A DNA stretch of 64,000 bases from Adineta vaga (Eukaryota; Animalia; Rotifera). The notes under the pieces are model-generated. The model saw only the letters and a list, made by a program, of their open reading frames with translations. It was not told where the DNA came from and did not search any database. Below, one piece after another: positions 40,234 through 54,200 of this stretch. The stretch is taken from the NCBI GenBank assembly GCA_021613535.1, contig CP075493.1:1736001-1800000 (forward strand). Direction: 5' to 3'. Position numbers and translations under genes: made by a program. Positions within the stretch are counted from its first letter, which is position 1; each line of letters begins with the position of its first letter.

Positions 40234-41729
40234 TTAGATCTTTGTTGATGTTTCTTGTGACTAAAATAAACATCAAAGAAAATTAGAAGTAATTCATTAA
40301 AAATAATGACTTACTTCTGGTTCAAATAGACCATCTTCATCGAAATGATTTTCTTCTTTTGAAACTTTTAGATGAAATAAAAAATCAACATGAAACATTT
40401 CAATAACAAAGGAAAACTTATAAAATAGATTATGTACCTGTTGATTTTTCAGTTGATGAACTTGTTCGTTCTAATGATGTATCATCATGTCCATCGATTT
40501 TTTCACGTTTAAGTGATTCATTGACATGTGTTTTACCTACTGTTTCAAGATCTAAATATATATATGTAAACAAATCGTTTGAAAAATCTTGATAAAACTT
40601 TAACATACTGAGATTACGAACGACGTATGTGAAAATTGTTGTTTCAATATCAGAAGCACCATCAATAACGCAGGAATACATACGTTCAGTCATATTACGA
40701 TCAAGTGTTAATTCAATTGAATAATCATTTGTTGATTTAGGGAAGATTCGACGAAGTCGATCACCTTTATATTGATTTGTAGTTAAATAATGATTGATAA
40801 CAAGATTATTTTCAACAGCATCACCAACAACCCAAAATACATTTGTTGGACCTAGAATAATGAACCATGTTTGATTTAATCAATGAAAACAAAACAAAAA
40901 AAGGGTTTTTCTTCTTACGATTGTATGATTTGACAACGCATTGAAGAAATGCTGTTTGATAAGCATCAATGATTGTCGGTGAAGTAGTACGCATAGCCGT
41001 AAAACAAGGTAATGTACCAGGATTTGAATGACATAAACGTGCACCTGAAAAAAGAGAATTGATCGAAAGATTTCAAAAGAAAACAACATACCAGTTAAAT
41101 TAAGATTGTAGGTAAGAGATGTTTTTTTCAATTCATCTTTGATAAGTAAAAGTTCCATTTGTTCAATTGGATCGGTCGGTATTGGACGAATAACACAACG
41201 ATAAATACCGCTATCATCAACGTTCACATATGGTAATAAGATTGAGGCATCGATGATATCAGTTTCATTCAAATTCTTTGAATATGGTGTTAAACTTGTA
41301 ACAAAACGAAGAACAGTTGGACGAACTGGTGGATAAACTGGATAGATTTTGATATCCATTGTTTTTTGTGGATCAGAGTACCACCATTCAACAATTGAAC
41401 CTTGAAGAAAATCAATGACGAACTTTTTTTTAAAAACAAAAAAAAAAGAGAATTTCATTCGCTTACGTTTTGAACGAGCAACATGACATGGTAAAACAAG
41501 ACTATTGCTTGATGTATGTAAAGGAACTGGATTAGTTGTTGATGGTGCAAGATAACAGGGTGCATCTTTATCATCGGTTGATGTTAATTCATTACAAAAT
41601 AACGCAGTTGATGATAAAAACTAATGAAAATCATTGCGAATTATATTTTATATTAAAACATACAAAGATTCTTACTGTAATTATAAAAACAAAAGAGCAC
41701 AAGTTAAAATGGCGGTAAGTTATAGACAT
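40234..41729 (-). CDS. Secreted two-immunoglobulin-domain protein, ~8 exons
   Basis: Signal-like N-terminus. Ig1: LVLPCHV..VEWWY..DSGIYRC. Ig2: AFLQCVV..VFWVV..MYSCVI. Acidic tail, no TM segment seen. Confidence 0.75.
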
Positions 41730-42983
41730 TTTGTTTTCGTCTAATCTGTATGTTGGACTAGTAAGAAGTGAAACGAACGAAAAGAAATTTCAGTAAAAAT
41801 ACCTAGGGTGATTACATGTACTTTCATATCAAACATAAACAAAGAAGATATATGTATATATCGATTTAGAATAGATGTATATCGTTCTATCTAAACATAT
41901 ATCTAGGGTTTGATATATATACTATATTTTTCGATCGATCGTTTTCATGTAGAAAAAGATGTCCGTCGGAAACTTTTGGAAGAAGAAATAATAGAGATGT
42001 TTTTATATTAAAATCTATTCAATGGTTTCCAGAATTCAATGAAAAACATCAAAAACTTCCTTTGAGATTTCAAAATATATGTTGAAAATTCTCTATTTTA
42101 TTTGTATTTGCATGAGTCATTAGAAAACAATGCGTATGAAAATATATTATGTGAGTAATCACACCTGTATATTTATCATAAAAAAAACGAGCTTAATCCT
42201 TTTTCTATGCAAATCAAATTGACTAAAAAGATCACACTTCGTCTTCTTTCTTTGTCGCGTATTTCATTGATAACGGTCTTTGATTTTCGATAGAAAAAAA
42301 AAGAAAATTCCATATGTTTCACCGGAGGAGAAATCTCTCAATCGATTCATTGCAAACACTTGAATAAAGTTTTCTTTTTTTTTCGCAACTACGCATGGTC
42401 ACTTTTTTACATCTACGTTTGTACCCGAATGACAATGATTATTAATCGATGCATTCATGCCATCCAGTAAAAAAATGTTTGTCATTCTTAGGAAAGAACA
42501 GATACAATCAAGTACATTTGAACATGGTTAACCAGAATTGCAATGATTTTAATGAAAAAATTCTCTTCGATCGTTTCTTTTTCTTTTCTGATTCTTAAAA
42601 TAATTGCTGAAGTCTTATAATCATTTTCTTTTCGATCGTGTATATATATATACATATACGTTCGTCAGCCCACGATACTCTATTTATTTGTCCATATCGT
42701 CAAGAGGTCGAAAAAGGTTTGATTAATTGAACATGATCGTCATGTTGCTCAATAAACACCTTTTGAAGGTTGATGCCAATACTTCATTGAATGTTTCTTT
42801 TCTCCCGAATCGAAACGAAGAATTTCATTTCTTCTCTTCGCTCTTTTTTCTTTCTTCTTTCAGTCAATCAAAAGAGTGACATTCTTTTTCTCTTAATATT
42901 GGAGAGTGAGAGAGAAGAGAGAAAAGGAAAAGGTTGAATTCTTATTATTTTCTTTTTTTTTGTTGAATAGATTGAAATCAGTC

Positions 42984-43711
42984 ATGTTTTTTCTTATTAC
43001 TTTCGGTTGGCATGTTGCAGCTAGTTTTGCATTTCTTCTTGCAATTTTAACACCCAATTGGATAACTGTTCAAATATTGCCAACATGGAAAAATCTTTTT
43101 CTTCAACGAGGTATTTTCTATGTATGTGATTTAACAGGAAAGAATAGCACATATGAAACAACTCAATGTACTTCGATTATTGGTATTGATACCACTATGA
43201 ATTCAACAGGTAGATGGGATTATAGTAAGTATTCGATTTTGTTAGTATATTATTTCTCATTTGAACTTATATTTGATAGAAATTGCAACTGCATCAGCAT
43301 CAGTTGCCATTGCTTGTGCAGGTATTAGCGTGATTATTATCTGGTTATGTGGTATTTATTTTAATATTCATCGAAAAAGATCTTGGAGATTATGTATACT
43401 TGTTACGATTTCGATTTTATTATTTATAACTTGTAAGTTGAGAATTATTCAATGGATTTATTCTCAATTAATTCGTTTTAGTTTGTGCATCGTTCGTTGT
43501 TTGGATTTTACTCATTTCGGAAACACTTGTCATCGGTTATAAAGTTGATCGTTCAATTTTTCGTTGGCCTATGTGGTTAGCTGTCGGTGCAACAGGTGGT
43601 TATTTAATGGCATTTATGACAACATTGATTCATCTTTGTTCGTTGGCTTGTCGTCGACGTAAAAATCCTGATCAATATAAACTATCTGAACTGACAAGAA
43701 ATCAATTTTAA
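42984..43711 (+). CDS. Claudin/PMP22-like four-TM protein, paralog 1, 3 exons
   Basis: LAILTPNW...RGIFYVC...C loop, ASASVAIACAG, WPMWLAVGATGGY. Confidence 0.72.
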
Positions 43712-43827
43712 CAATTCATCCGAATTTTTCTGCTTTCTTTTTTTATTTCTTTACAATCAAATAAAAAGACATTAATCAATATGGACGGATCGAATGATGT
43801 TTACGCACGAACATATAGATTCGATTT

Positions 43828-44466
43828 TCAACAATTTTTACAAATAGCGATTATGTAAATGAAAAATGTATAAAAATAAGAACCCGATGCACCAATATTA
43901 ATCCATAATGAAAAACCAAAATCTTTCAGACGTATGTCTTTTATATTAGTATCATTTTGATGTAGATTTGTTGTTAACATAATTGCCCAAACAATACATG
44001 AAAGGAGAACTAAAAATCGAGAATAAAAGGAAGACTTTCAGATATTTAAAAATAGAACTATTACATACAGCTTAATAAAATACAAAGTATTGTTAAAACA
44101 AGTAACCATTTTGAACCAATATCACCGGAAAATCGTTGAATATACCATGAACTAAGAACTAAACTGATTAGACTTAATCCGGCACATGCAACCGCTGCTG
44201 AAGCAGCAATTAATGGTAAAACTAAAGAAGAAAATCATTTTATTCATAAATATGATTCAAAGTATTATACTTTTTTCAATTGATATTTGCCCTGAAATGG
44301 GCACAAGTGTCCAACGACATGCATATGGATTTGTATTACATATTTCAAAAACATTTCGTTTTGTTTGCAAATTTGGTGCTGTATACCAATTTGGAATCAG
44401 CACAGCTGCAATAAATACGAACGTTGCAATTAGTAAAGTATGATGTCCATGTAAAGCTAACGACAT
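43828..44466 (-). CDS. Claudin/PMP22-like four-TM protein, paralog 2, 3 exons
   Basis: AVLIPNWY..RNVFEIC..C, AASAAVACAG, FGFSLWINIGASG; same exon layout as the paralogs. Confidence 0.72.
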
Positions 44467-45087
44467 ATTCTCGTCTTTGAATTCAACTAAAAAGAATGCA
44501 AAGTTCTCTAGTGTCAATCTCTTTCCTTTTTTCTTTTTGTTTTAACGTTGTGTTAATGTCACTAAGCAAAACACCATTTTCTCTTCTATAATCTAGTCAC
44601 GACATTTTATCTCTTCTTTTTTTTTGTGTCATTTTCCCGTCGATGAAATTGGTTTAGAAGTAGGAAGAGAGAAAAGAATCTAATCCAAACAGTGTGTATA
44701 CCTATGAGCATTCTTTTTCTTTCCTTCCATTTCTTTTGGACGGATATATAATATTTGTTTGGTCATGCGAATTTCTTCCGATGTTGTTCGAAGATGAAAC
44801 AGATGTTCATGTCAGTCGAGAAAGGATTTTCCAGGATTGAAGTAGGATCTTTTGATTGAATATGACTCATCTTTTTTTTTCTTCTAATGTAACATTATCA
44901 ATGAAATATTCCACGAGGAAGTGACAAATATAAAGATACTAATTATATCTTTGAGGAAGAAAAAACAAGAGCAATTAGTCATCAGCAGAAAATTCTCATT
45001 TGCATATCTGAGACGGCATTTCAATTAGTATTACTTTTAAAAAAAAACTACGCAATTCGAATGAATCATCATCATGTCTGTGAAGTT

Positions 45088-47055
45088 TTATTCGTAATTT
45101 GTTTTGGGTTGAAAAATAGTTTTTGATACATAATCTTTGGCTGGACCTTTGACGGTATATGTTATTTGAAATTGAGATAAATTGATTCCATTAAATGCAA
45201 ATGAATATGAAACTGAATAATGATCTTGACTACATAAATGTTCACCAGTAGCAATCCAACTAGTTGACGATGTTTGTTTTGGTTGAAAATCAATTTTATG
45301 AAATAATGAAGCACGTTGGTTATTTTCATTTACAAAATAAACAGTTAAAACATCGTTTTTTTCATCATAATTATAAATATATTTTTGTGTAATATCTAAT
45401 GGTATTTGAGATGATAATGTTAATTTTCCTTGTTCTTTATAGAGTAATTCTGCAGATTGAGAGAATAGAAATTGTGCTTGGCCATGTACTGTACCGTCCG
45501 ATGGTTTTCCTATTAATATACGTTCAAATGTCCATGTACTATCATGAAGTGCTCGAAAAACGGCACCAGCAATAAAACGACCTGAATTTGCTTCTTCACA
45601 TAAACGATTCATTTCATCCATTACAGATTGATCAGGACTATTCGGATGATATTGGGCTGGAATAACAATATCACTAGAATTCGAAGATGTTAACAAATCA
45701 ATTTCTTTGGCTAGACCATTAAGAACACCAACATAATCACTATGTGGAAATTGTGGTCGAGGTTGTTGAGCACGTATACGTTGTTCTACTTCTAAACCAA
45801 TCTGTTGTGTAGTTATTGAAGGAAGAGATAAGAGGCCAGCAAATGTTGAAGCAACCCACCGAGCTTGTAATTCAATGATGGCCCAAAATGTGCCACGATA
45901 CATACCAACAAAAGCAAGATTTGGTAGTGTCGGATGAAAAACACTACGATGAAGAATTAAAGGACAAAAAAGATCGTCAGATTTATAGGATAAATTTTCA
46001 AGAATATCTTTGGAAAAATAATCAAAACATGGTCGATATCCCGTACATAAAATCAAAATATCATTACAGGTAGTTGGAAATCGAAATCCATTGTTTAATT
46101 TCAATGTTCCATCGGCATCTATTTCCATCAATCGTCCTTCTTGTAAAATGATTTTACCGGCTCGAGTCCACTGAGCATACATGTCTGAAATAACAATAAG
46201 TGCTGGTTTTTCATCGTTCGCATCGTTTATCATCGACGATTTTTGATTATTTCCCGTAGTTGCTCGTAAGTTTTGGTTAATTTTCTTATTTTCATCTGTC
46301 GTTCGAATGATAGTCTCTTCATCTGATGTTCGTATTGATCGACGATTATAAACGAAATCAATTGGAAGAAAACATGAAACAGGATCAGAAGATTTCAATG
46401 GAATCAAACGTGGTACAGACCAAAACCTGTGTGGAACAATATGAATAATATGTTTGGCACTTGTTGCCATATCAGCAGCAATTTCTGCAGCGCTCATTGA
46501 TCCACCGACAATAATTACTCGTTTATCATGTACTTGATCCGATGAATGATAATCTGAACTATGTATTATTTTACCAGGAAATGATGATAAATTCATAATC
46601 TTATCCGATATATGTGGTGAACTAAAGAAACCTGAAGCAATAATAACAAAATCAAATTCTTCAACTGTCATCGAATTGTCTTGAGCACATAATTGAATTT
46701 TCCATTTATTATTAAAACGAGAGATATTCGTCACATGAGTATTGAATCGAAAAACATCGTTGGGTAATGATTGTTGAATATAATTTGATAGATATGTATA
46801 AACTTCTTCTTGACTTGGAAATAGTGATGTATCGTTAGGCCAAGAATAATCTGATAAAGCTGTTGAAAATTTTGAAATATTTGTTCGCATTGATTTCCAA
46901 CAGGGTCTTAAATTTGAATTCCACATACCGCCAAGATCCGATGCTTTTTCGAATACAATTGGTTGAATACCAACTCGATACATATTAACTGCTGACACAA
47001 GACCAGATACACCAGCACCAATAATAGCGACACATTTGCTTGTATCTTTTGACAT
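45088..47055 (-). CDS. Flavin-containing monooxygenase (class B) fused to a C-terminal DUF6314-like domain, intronless
   Basis: GAGVSG FAD motif, FMO signature FPGKIIHSSDY, GGSMSA NADPH motif, LCTGY, IELQARW. C-terminal ~150 aa (LLYKEQG..EHLCSQDHY..YTVKGPAKDY) is DUF6314-like. Confidence 0.9.
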   Translation of the reverse strand: MSKDTSKCVAIIGAGVSGLVSAVNMYRVGIQPIVFEKASDLGGMWNSNLRPCWKSMRTNISKFSTALSDYSWPNDTSLFPSQEEVYTYLSNYIQQSLPNDVFRFNTHVTNISRFNNKWKIQLCAQDNSMTVEEFDFVIIASGFFSSPHISDKIMNLSSFPGKIIHSSDYHSSDQVHDKRVIIVGGSMSAAEIAADMATSAKHIIHIVPHRFWSVPRLIPLKSSDPVSCFLPIDFVYNRRSIRTSDEETIIRTTDENKKINQNLRATTGNNQKSSMINDANDEKPALIVISDMYAQWTRAGKIILQEGRLMEIDADGTLKLNNGFRFPTTCNDILILCTGYRPCFDYFSKDILENLSYKSDDLFCPLILHRSVFHPTLPNLAFVGMYRGTFWAIIELQARWVASTFAGLLSLPSITTQQIGLEVEQRIRAQQPRPQFPHSDYVGVLNGLAKEIDLLTSSNSSDIVIPAQYHPNSPDQSVMDEMNRLCEEANSGRFIAGAVFRALHDSTWTFERILIGKPSDGTVHGQAQFLFSQSAELLYKEQGKLTLSSQIPLDITQKYIYNYDEKNDVLTVYFVNENNQRASLFHKIDFQPKQTSSTSWIATGEHLCSQDHYSVSYSFAFNGINLSQFQITYTVKGPAKDYVSKTIFQPKTNYE

Positions 47056-47634
47056 TATTGTTTTTCAATAACCTATTTTTGTGTTCTTCTTTTAGTAACA
47101 GTATGTTAAGCAAAGGTTATCAGCTTTAAAAATAACGATGTCATGTGAATAAGTCTTTATTCTATTACTTTTTTTATAGTGATAAGGTTTTATGCTCGTG
47201 ATTCATCGATGAATGATTCATTTTGACGAATAACACATGGTCGGTCGATCGGCTAAACGCATTGTATATCTGTAAAGTTCAATTGTCGAGACATTGTTTA
47301 TTATCGAATTCCTTTCAATTGTTCTCAAACGGTAAAATTGCTCGAATATGTTCATTTATTTCAAAAAGCAATTATATACAAAAGAAGAGAAAAAGAGTTC
47401 ATTCTTGTTTGTTTTTCATAAAAGCTGAATAGTAAATCAATTCAATAAAATACAAGGACAATACATAAGAAAATGACTTACATGAGACATCAAATTTCAA
47501 TATTTATATTAGCATGACAGAGTAAAAAAAACGTTTCTTTTCTTTTTCTTGACTAACATTTAATGAATGAGAGAGAGAGAGTTGCATATCACATGACTCA
47601 AAAGTGCAACACTGAAGAAAATATCTACAAATCA

Positions 47635-48365
47635 TTAAAATCGACGTGAATTCGGATCTGTGCCTTTGACATATTTTCGACGACTAACTTGAATACGATA
47701 GAGTATAAATACAATAAAAGCAAGTAAATAACCCCCACTTGCACCAACTGCAATCCATGTTGAAAAACCGATATTTTCTCGACGAATTTTTAAATTCTCA
47801 TCACGATTCATTGTAATCATTACTACCCATATGACTACACTTATCCAAACTAAACATTATCGAAGAAAGTCAGTTTTAATGAATTCATTTAAAGGCAAAA
47901 GAAATTTTCAACTTACAAACGAATAAGGTTAAAAGAGCAATGGAAAGAACACAATTAGGTGCAAGACGTCGACGACGAATATATAGATATCCACCAACAA
48001 GCCAAAGAAGAATGATCGATAATGATGCACCCGCAATGGCTAATGATGCACAAGCGATTGCATAAGCTAAAAGAATTTTAATCAATCCGGAGCTTTGAAA
48101 AAATCAATCAATTTTTAATTAACGTACTTGGTCGACAAGCTGCAACTGAATCTTGATAAAGTAGAATCCAATCTCGACATGTTCCATTCGGAAATCCAGC
48201 ATCAACATAGAAAATACCTCGATAATTTGAAATATTTGGTGATGATGGATTAGTATTCGATACTGGTAAAGTATTTGGATAGATCCATCTTGGTGTAAGA
48301 ATAGCAACAATAAATGCTATTGTACTTGTTACAGTTATTAGATAACCAACGAAGAAAAGTGCCAT
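47635..48365 (-). CDS. Claudin/PMP22-like four-TM protein, paralog 3, 3 exons
   Basis: VAILTPRW...RGIFYV..C..C, ACASLAIAGA, IGFSTWIAVGASGGY. Confidence 0.72.
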
Positions 48366-51296
48366 TATTTATCTAAAAAGCAAAGAAAAGAAAGTCTAAG
48401 TTTATGATGAATTAGTCTTTTTCCTTCTTTGATGTGAAGAAAGAATTTCTAACGCAATTTTTTTTCTTCTTCTCTTTTCATGAACACATTTTGACGCACT
48501 ATGAGGAATAGCATATGTCCTTCTCGCTTCCGTTCAAACATGTTAAATAAAATAAAGCATCGAGAAAAAAAAACGAAGAAAAAGAATCTATCCAACTACC
48601 TTGGAGTGGAGTTCAACGTAAAGTAAGAAGAAGAAGAAAAGATAAAAAATCTCTTTTTTTTCCTATTTGACATTATTAAAAAGTAAAAAATCCAACTCAT
48701 TTCTGCTAATAATATTCTTAACAAATGTCAATTAAGTATTGAAATCGATCATCAATAATCTTATACAAATAGTGATGATTCATTACAATAGTACTGTTTG
48801 ATGTCTATGTTACTACGGTATATACATCATGAATTCTCGTCAAAAAGAAAGAAAATCTATTGATTTACTTCTTTTCTTATAATGTCTACACATGAGTCAG
48901 CTTGTCAGCAAGGAAAAAACGTAAAATCTCTAAAATAGAAACGTTGCAGCTGCTGTTTGATCAAATAGTAGAAAAGAGATGAACTAGAAAAAGAAAAGAA
49001 AAGAAAAGAAGATTCGACAACGTATGAAGAGCACATCTTTAAAAATACAATGAATAGAAGAAATATGTGAACAGAAGACCTTTAAAAGATAAAATATAAA
49101 CGTCAAGGTCAAGGATGTTCTTTGAAATATTCTCCTAAAATCATCATTCAACAAATCAATGACTATAATTTGAACATGATTTTCAATCGAATATGAACAC
49201 ATTTTATCGTTTAAACAATGTTCGTCGAAATTAAATGAATTTATACTGATGTTAACATATACAAATCGAACATGTCTGTCTCGAAGATAGCTATTAGTAA
49301 TTTGAACTTAATGAAAAAAAGAAATGACTTATCATTTTCAAATTGCATCATTGGATACATTGCAAATGAGCATTGAAAAGTGAAAAGAAATCGACATATA
49401 CATGTGTTTGTATGAGAAATGAAAGAAGTGTATACTATTGTTCTCTTGTTTGCCTTTTTCTTTCATTAAAATGATTATGAATTTGGTCTCAATTGTTTAA
49501 GAACTTTCAATAAAGAAATTATTTATCTAAAATTTTCGATAATGAAATCAATTGTTATCAAACTTATTGATACAATCATAAGAAGCTTAGTTTCATTTAC
49601 ATTTTATACTAATGATTCTATTATATAAGTTTTTTTTTATGTAATTAAGATAATACGATTTTCTTATATATTTAATTGAAGTGATTAGAATTTTCTATCG
49701 TTTAAAATACCTAAAAAGCATCTCATTCTCTTTTTATCTATCCTGTGACAATTACTATTAATGTCGATTATGATAGGCAAATTTAGAGCATTTCTTTGCG
49801 TAGAAAAAGTTATCAGATTCGTTTCTTTTCTATTATCTTCATGATATTCATTGAATCATATAGTTTTATATTGAAAATCAGTAAGTAACATTGAAAAGAC
49901 TAGAAGTACTTCAATTCCATTTAACGATTATATCTTTCTTCATACTACTTGGAATTTATCATTCTAATCATAGATTTCTTAAGATTATATATACATCGTA
50001 ATTTATACATTAAAATAAAGAATTTCAAACTTAACATGTTCTTTATCATATCAACAACGAGTTCAAATAAAGCTCTCATGATATCATTGAGTACTACAAT
50101 CAATAACTTTCATTTATGATGAATTTTATTAGTACATACAATAATGATTGATTAGATATTGAATAATTCTAAATATAACACTCATATGATGACAATGACA
50201 TATTTTTAATAAAGTCCACGTCTTTTTTGTTCTATTTAACTTTCCTCAATCTCATCTTGATTCTCTTAAAATATGTCTCTTGTTGTGTTTTTTTTGTTTG
50301 TCATAAATAGATTGACAATCTCTTCTCGATATCATCTAAAATCTTTCATTTCATTTTCATCTTCTCCTTTATCCATCGTTCTTATTTTTCTTTCTCTGAC
50401 AAGCATCCTTTTTAGATGTCCGATAGGCAAGCAAATTTCATTATTACTCAACAGTTTTTCTCCCTTTATCAAACATATGCACTTACATTATGAAATTTTA
50501 CTATGTCTAACATCACCGTTACCTAAGGGTAAGAAAGAAAGAAGAAAAGAAAGAAAGAAAGAAAGAAAGAAAAAAAACCGAAAGAAAAAGAGAATTATGA
50601 GTGTTCTTCTTGTTCAAACATTTTATCATTCTCTCTTTTGCTCACTCCAATGTTGTCATATCACAAAGTTTTAGTTTCTATTTAACAAGTTCTAGATAGG
50701 TTCTATATCTTAGAGAAAATTCAACAAAATCGATATGTTTAATAATATATCAAGGTATACCTTGTCTTCTCATATAATATTACCTAAGAATGTCATAGGT
50801 AATTTGCATAAGAGTTGCTTATGACAAGTAGATCACTTCTTTCTTTTCATATTACATTGACTTGTTCGATTTTAGATTGAAGTATGTTGTTACATAAGTC
50901 AGTAGATTTTCTTAGATTCATGGCGAAATCATTCCGTCCAATGACAAATATGATCGAAGATTGATTTGGATTTTCTTTATTTATTCATTCATTTTTTATT
51001 CAACTACGAGCACAAGCCATCAAAGCAGCATAATCCTGTGATATGCATTGTATAGAAACTATAAATGTATACGTTTTGTTTTTATTTTCCCATGTGTCTA
51101 TGTGAATAAAATTATTAAAGATTTAGAATTGATTTATTTGCTTTTCTAGCTGCAAAAAAAGAGAAAAATATTATATCAATGAATCTAATCATAGACAATT
51201 AATACATAATAAAGACGTGCATATAAAGAAGAGAAAAATAAATGTTTTTTTTTTGTCTTATATACAAACACATAACAACATAGAAAATTGAACTTA

Positions 51297-54200
51297 TTAT
51301 TTGCCAGTATTCGTTTTACTTGTTGCAGCATTTTGAAATAGAGAAAAACTGAAAAAAAAAGGAAATGAGATGTTTAATATTCTTTGTTCTTTTCACACAT
51401 ACGCTTCGAAATCAAGTTTTTGTTTTGATATACCACTTAGAATAAATTCTTCACTAACAATTGATATTCCTTTTTTGAATAAATCTTCATATTCACTTTT
51501 ATGAATTTGTGCAACAATACAGATAATATCTTTGACAGGTTTATTCATATTGATTTTTTCGATTAATTTTCCTCCAGCAGCTTCAATGATATCTTTTAAA
51601 TCGTCATAAGGTGGTGATGTGTCTTTTGTACAGAAAAATTTATAATCTTTAAAGATTGGACCTTGCTTAGCAAGACGAACACTCTCACGTAATTGAAAAC
51701 CATAACGTGTTTCAGCATTGGTATCTTCTAAATAGTATTTTTCATAAGGAATATAACGATTTTCTTTAATCATGATTTCAATCCATGCAGGCGATAAGAT
51801 TAATGCACCACGTGCAAGACACATGAAGAATTTTTTTGTACGTCGTATACGATCGACAACAAGAGCATCAACTTGACAAGATTCATCCATAATTTCAAAA
51901 CCGAATTTACGTAAGGTTTCGAAATGAGTTTGATCAAAATTCTAAATAATAAAGTTTCGATCATTGAGAGAAAAAAACAAACAAACGTGAACGTTTATTT
52001 ACTAGATGACTACTGAGAGCAATGCGAACAGGTCGATCATCAGTTGCATTTGGTTTTTCTGGCGATTGTTCAACTGGTGTCGCTTGTTTCGTAGATTTGC
52101 GACCACGTTTTGGCGTTACCGTTGTAGTTGTAGCAGGAGGAGGAGGAGGTGGAGGCGGGGGAGCTTGTTTTTGTCCACCAGTTGTACGTCGACTAGATTT
52201 AGTGACTGTTGGAGATACTTCAACAGAAGATGTTTGCTTACGACGAGTATTGGCTGTTGGTAATGTTTGTGGTGTTGCTGGACGACTAAAGTAAAGATGA
52301 ATATTAATCAATAAATGAATCTTGATTGATTCGCTATGAAAGAGAGGGAGGGAGAGACAATCAATTATTTCTCACCTTCGTTTTGTAGCGACTGCTGCAA
52401 TTGGTGTTGTACTTTTTCGTTTGCGACCACCAGTTTTTGGTGTGAGCTCTTTATTTTCTACGGCAGTGTCCATTTGTTCGTAAACATCTGTTTTGTTTTC
52501 TTGTTTCGAATTGTCTGTTGCATCAATAGGTTGTTGTCGAAGACTGATTCGTTTTTGTGGTGATGCTGAACGACGTCCGCGATTTGATGCACGACCAGGC
52601 GATTTTGTTGTTGGTGTTAGTGTTGTCGTTGGTGTTGTTGTTGCTGCACTCGTTTTTGATCGTTTGTCAAGATCATCTAAATCCACATAGTCATCTGTAT
52701 ATGGAAATTGGCGATTGCGACCACTTGAAGCACGTTCTTTTATTCGAGCTATAACAATAAAAAGTACAATATATTAGAATTTCAATATAATAAAATAGTT
52801 CCTACCAGAAAGTCGAACATTTGAATTTGTATCTGTGGAAATAGGTTCTTGACTAGGAGTAACCGTTTCAGTCTTCTTCCTAGATCGTCTTTCTTTCACT
52901 TCTGGAGTTGAAACGACTTTTTTCGGTGATTCTTCAGGTTCCGTGCTTACTGTTTCTTCCAATGTTGTGTTATTCTCTTCGTTACTGATTGCAGGAGGTA
53001 CAATTGGATTACGACGTCCACTATGTAGACGAGTACTTACAACACGAGCACGAGCTGCTGCACCACGTCGACCTCGAGCACGACGAGCAGTTTTTCGAGG
53101 AACACCACGACCAGAAACTGCTGCTGATCCTTCAGCTTGCTTGTTTGCTTCTTCTTCCTCTTCTTCTTCTTCTTCTGCTTCTTTTTCTTGGTCGCCTTCT
53201 TCAGCAGAAGTTGACGATATTACTGCTTCACCTGTAGCTATACAAAGAAAATAAAGTTATTAAAAATCATCACTAACTATGAAATAAGGTAAAAAAATAA
53301 ATACATACGAGCAGAATCATCAATCTTTTCTACTGGTTCTGTCGATGACGTTGTAAGTGATTTATTGGCATCCGATGCTGTTTCTTCTTCCTAATAAAAA
53401 TAGAATAACAAAGGAATTGATCATATTTTTAAAAAAAAAATTTTACCATTGTAATTGGTGGAATTTCTGTTTGTGCTTTATTTGTTTCATCGATAGCCAT
53501 ATCATCAGTAGTGACAGTTGGTGCAGCAGTTTCAGCTTCCATTTCGTTAATATTCTCTTGTTGCTTATCATCGACGATCATTGCTGGAGATTCTATAAAA
53601 TAGTAAATTTTATATAAATTTTCTATATAAATCATTTTTACCACTAGTTTCATCAGTTTCCATTACTTCTTCGGGCACATTTTCTTTTGTACCTTGTTGA
53701 TTCGATGTATCATCTGTAATATTATCAGATTCATCTATTTGTTCCACTACTTTTGCCGGTGAATTATCCATTTTTTCTTCGAGATTAACAATAGGTCTAT
53801 CAGCAAATGTTGATACTTCCATATCTGATCGTGGAAGATTTTCAGTTATAGTTGGAGTATCGGATGGAGGAGGTGTATCTTCCATTTCGGTAGGTACTAT
53901 TGGTTCATTTGAAAAATTCTCTTTTACTTTTGGTGATGATAGAATTCCCTGTTGATCATTTTTATTTAATTCTTTTGGTTCAATCACTGATGGAACATTT
54001 GGTGGTACTGGTGTTGAACCAATTATTTGATTATTATCATCATCATCATCATCAACATTATCAGTATTCACGTCTGTTGAAGATGAATACGGAACAAAAG
54101 ATGACGAAGATTTATTCGGAGATTCATTAATACCATTTGATTTCGATACGACATTGATTGAAGCTGTAAAAATAAAAATGAAATTTTAGAAAGATAAAAT

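Noticed and set aside
50273-50674. 133 aa ORF with a K/R-rich stretch
   Set aside because: The basic stretch comes from a (GAAA)n microsatellite; the rest is AT-rich low-complexity sequence.
52006-53254. Plus-strand ORFs with poly-Gly, poly-Ser or poly-Arg
   Set aside because: Antisense shadows of MDC1-like exons.
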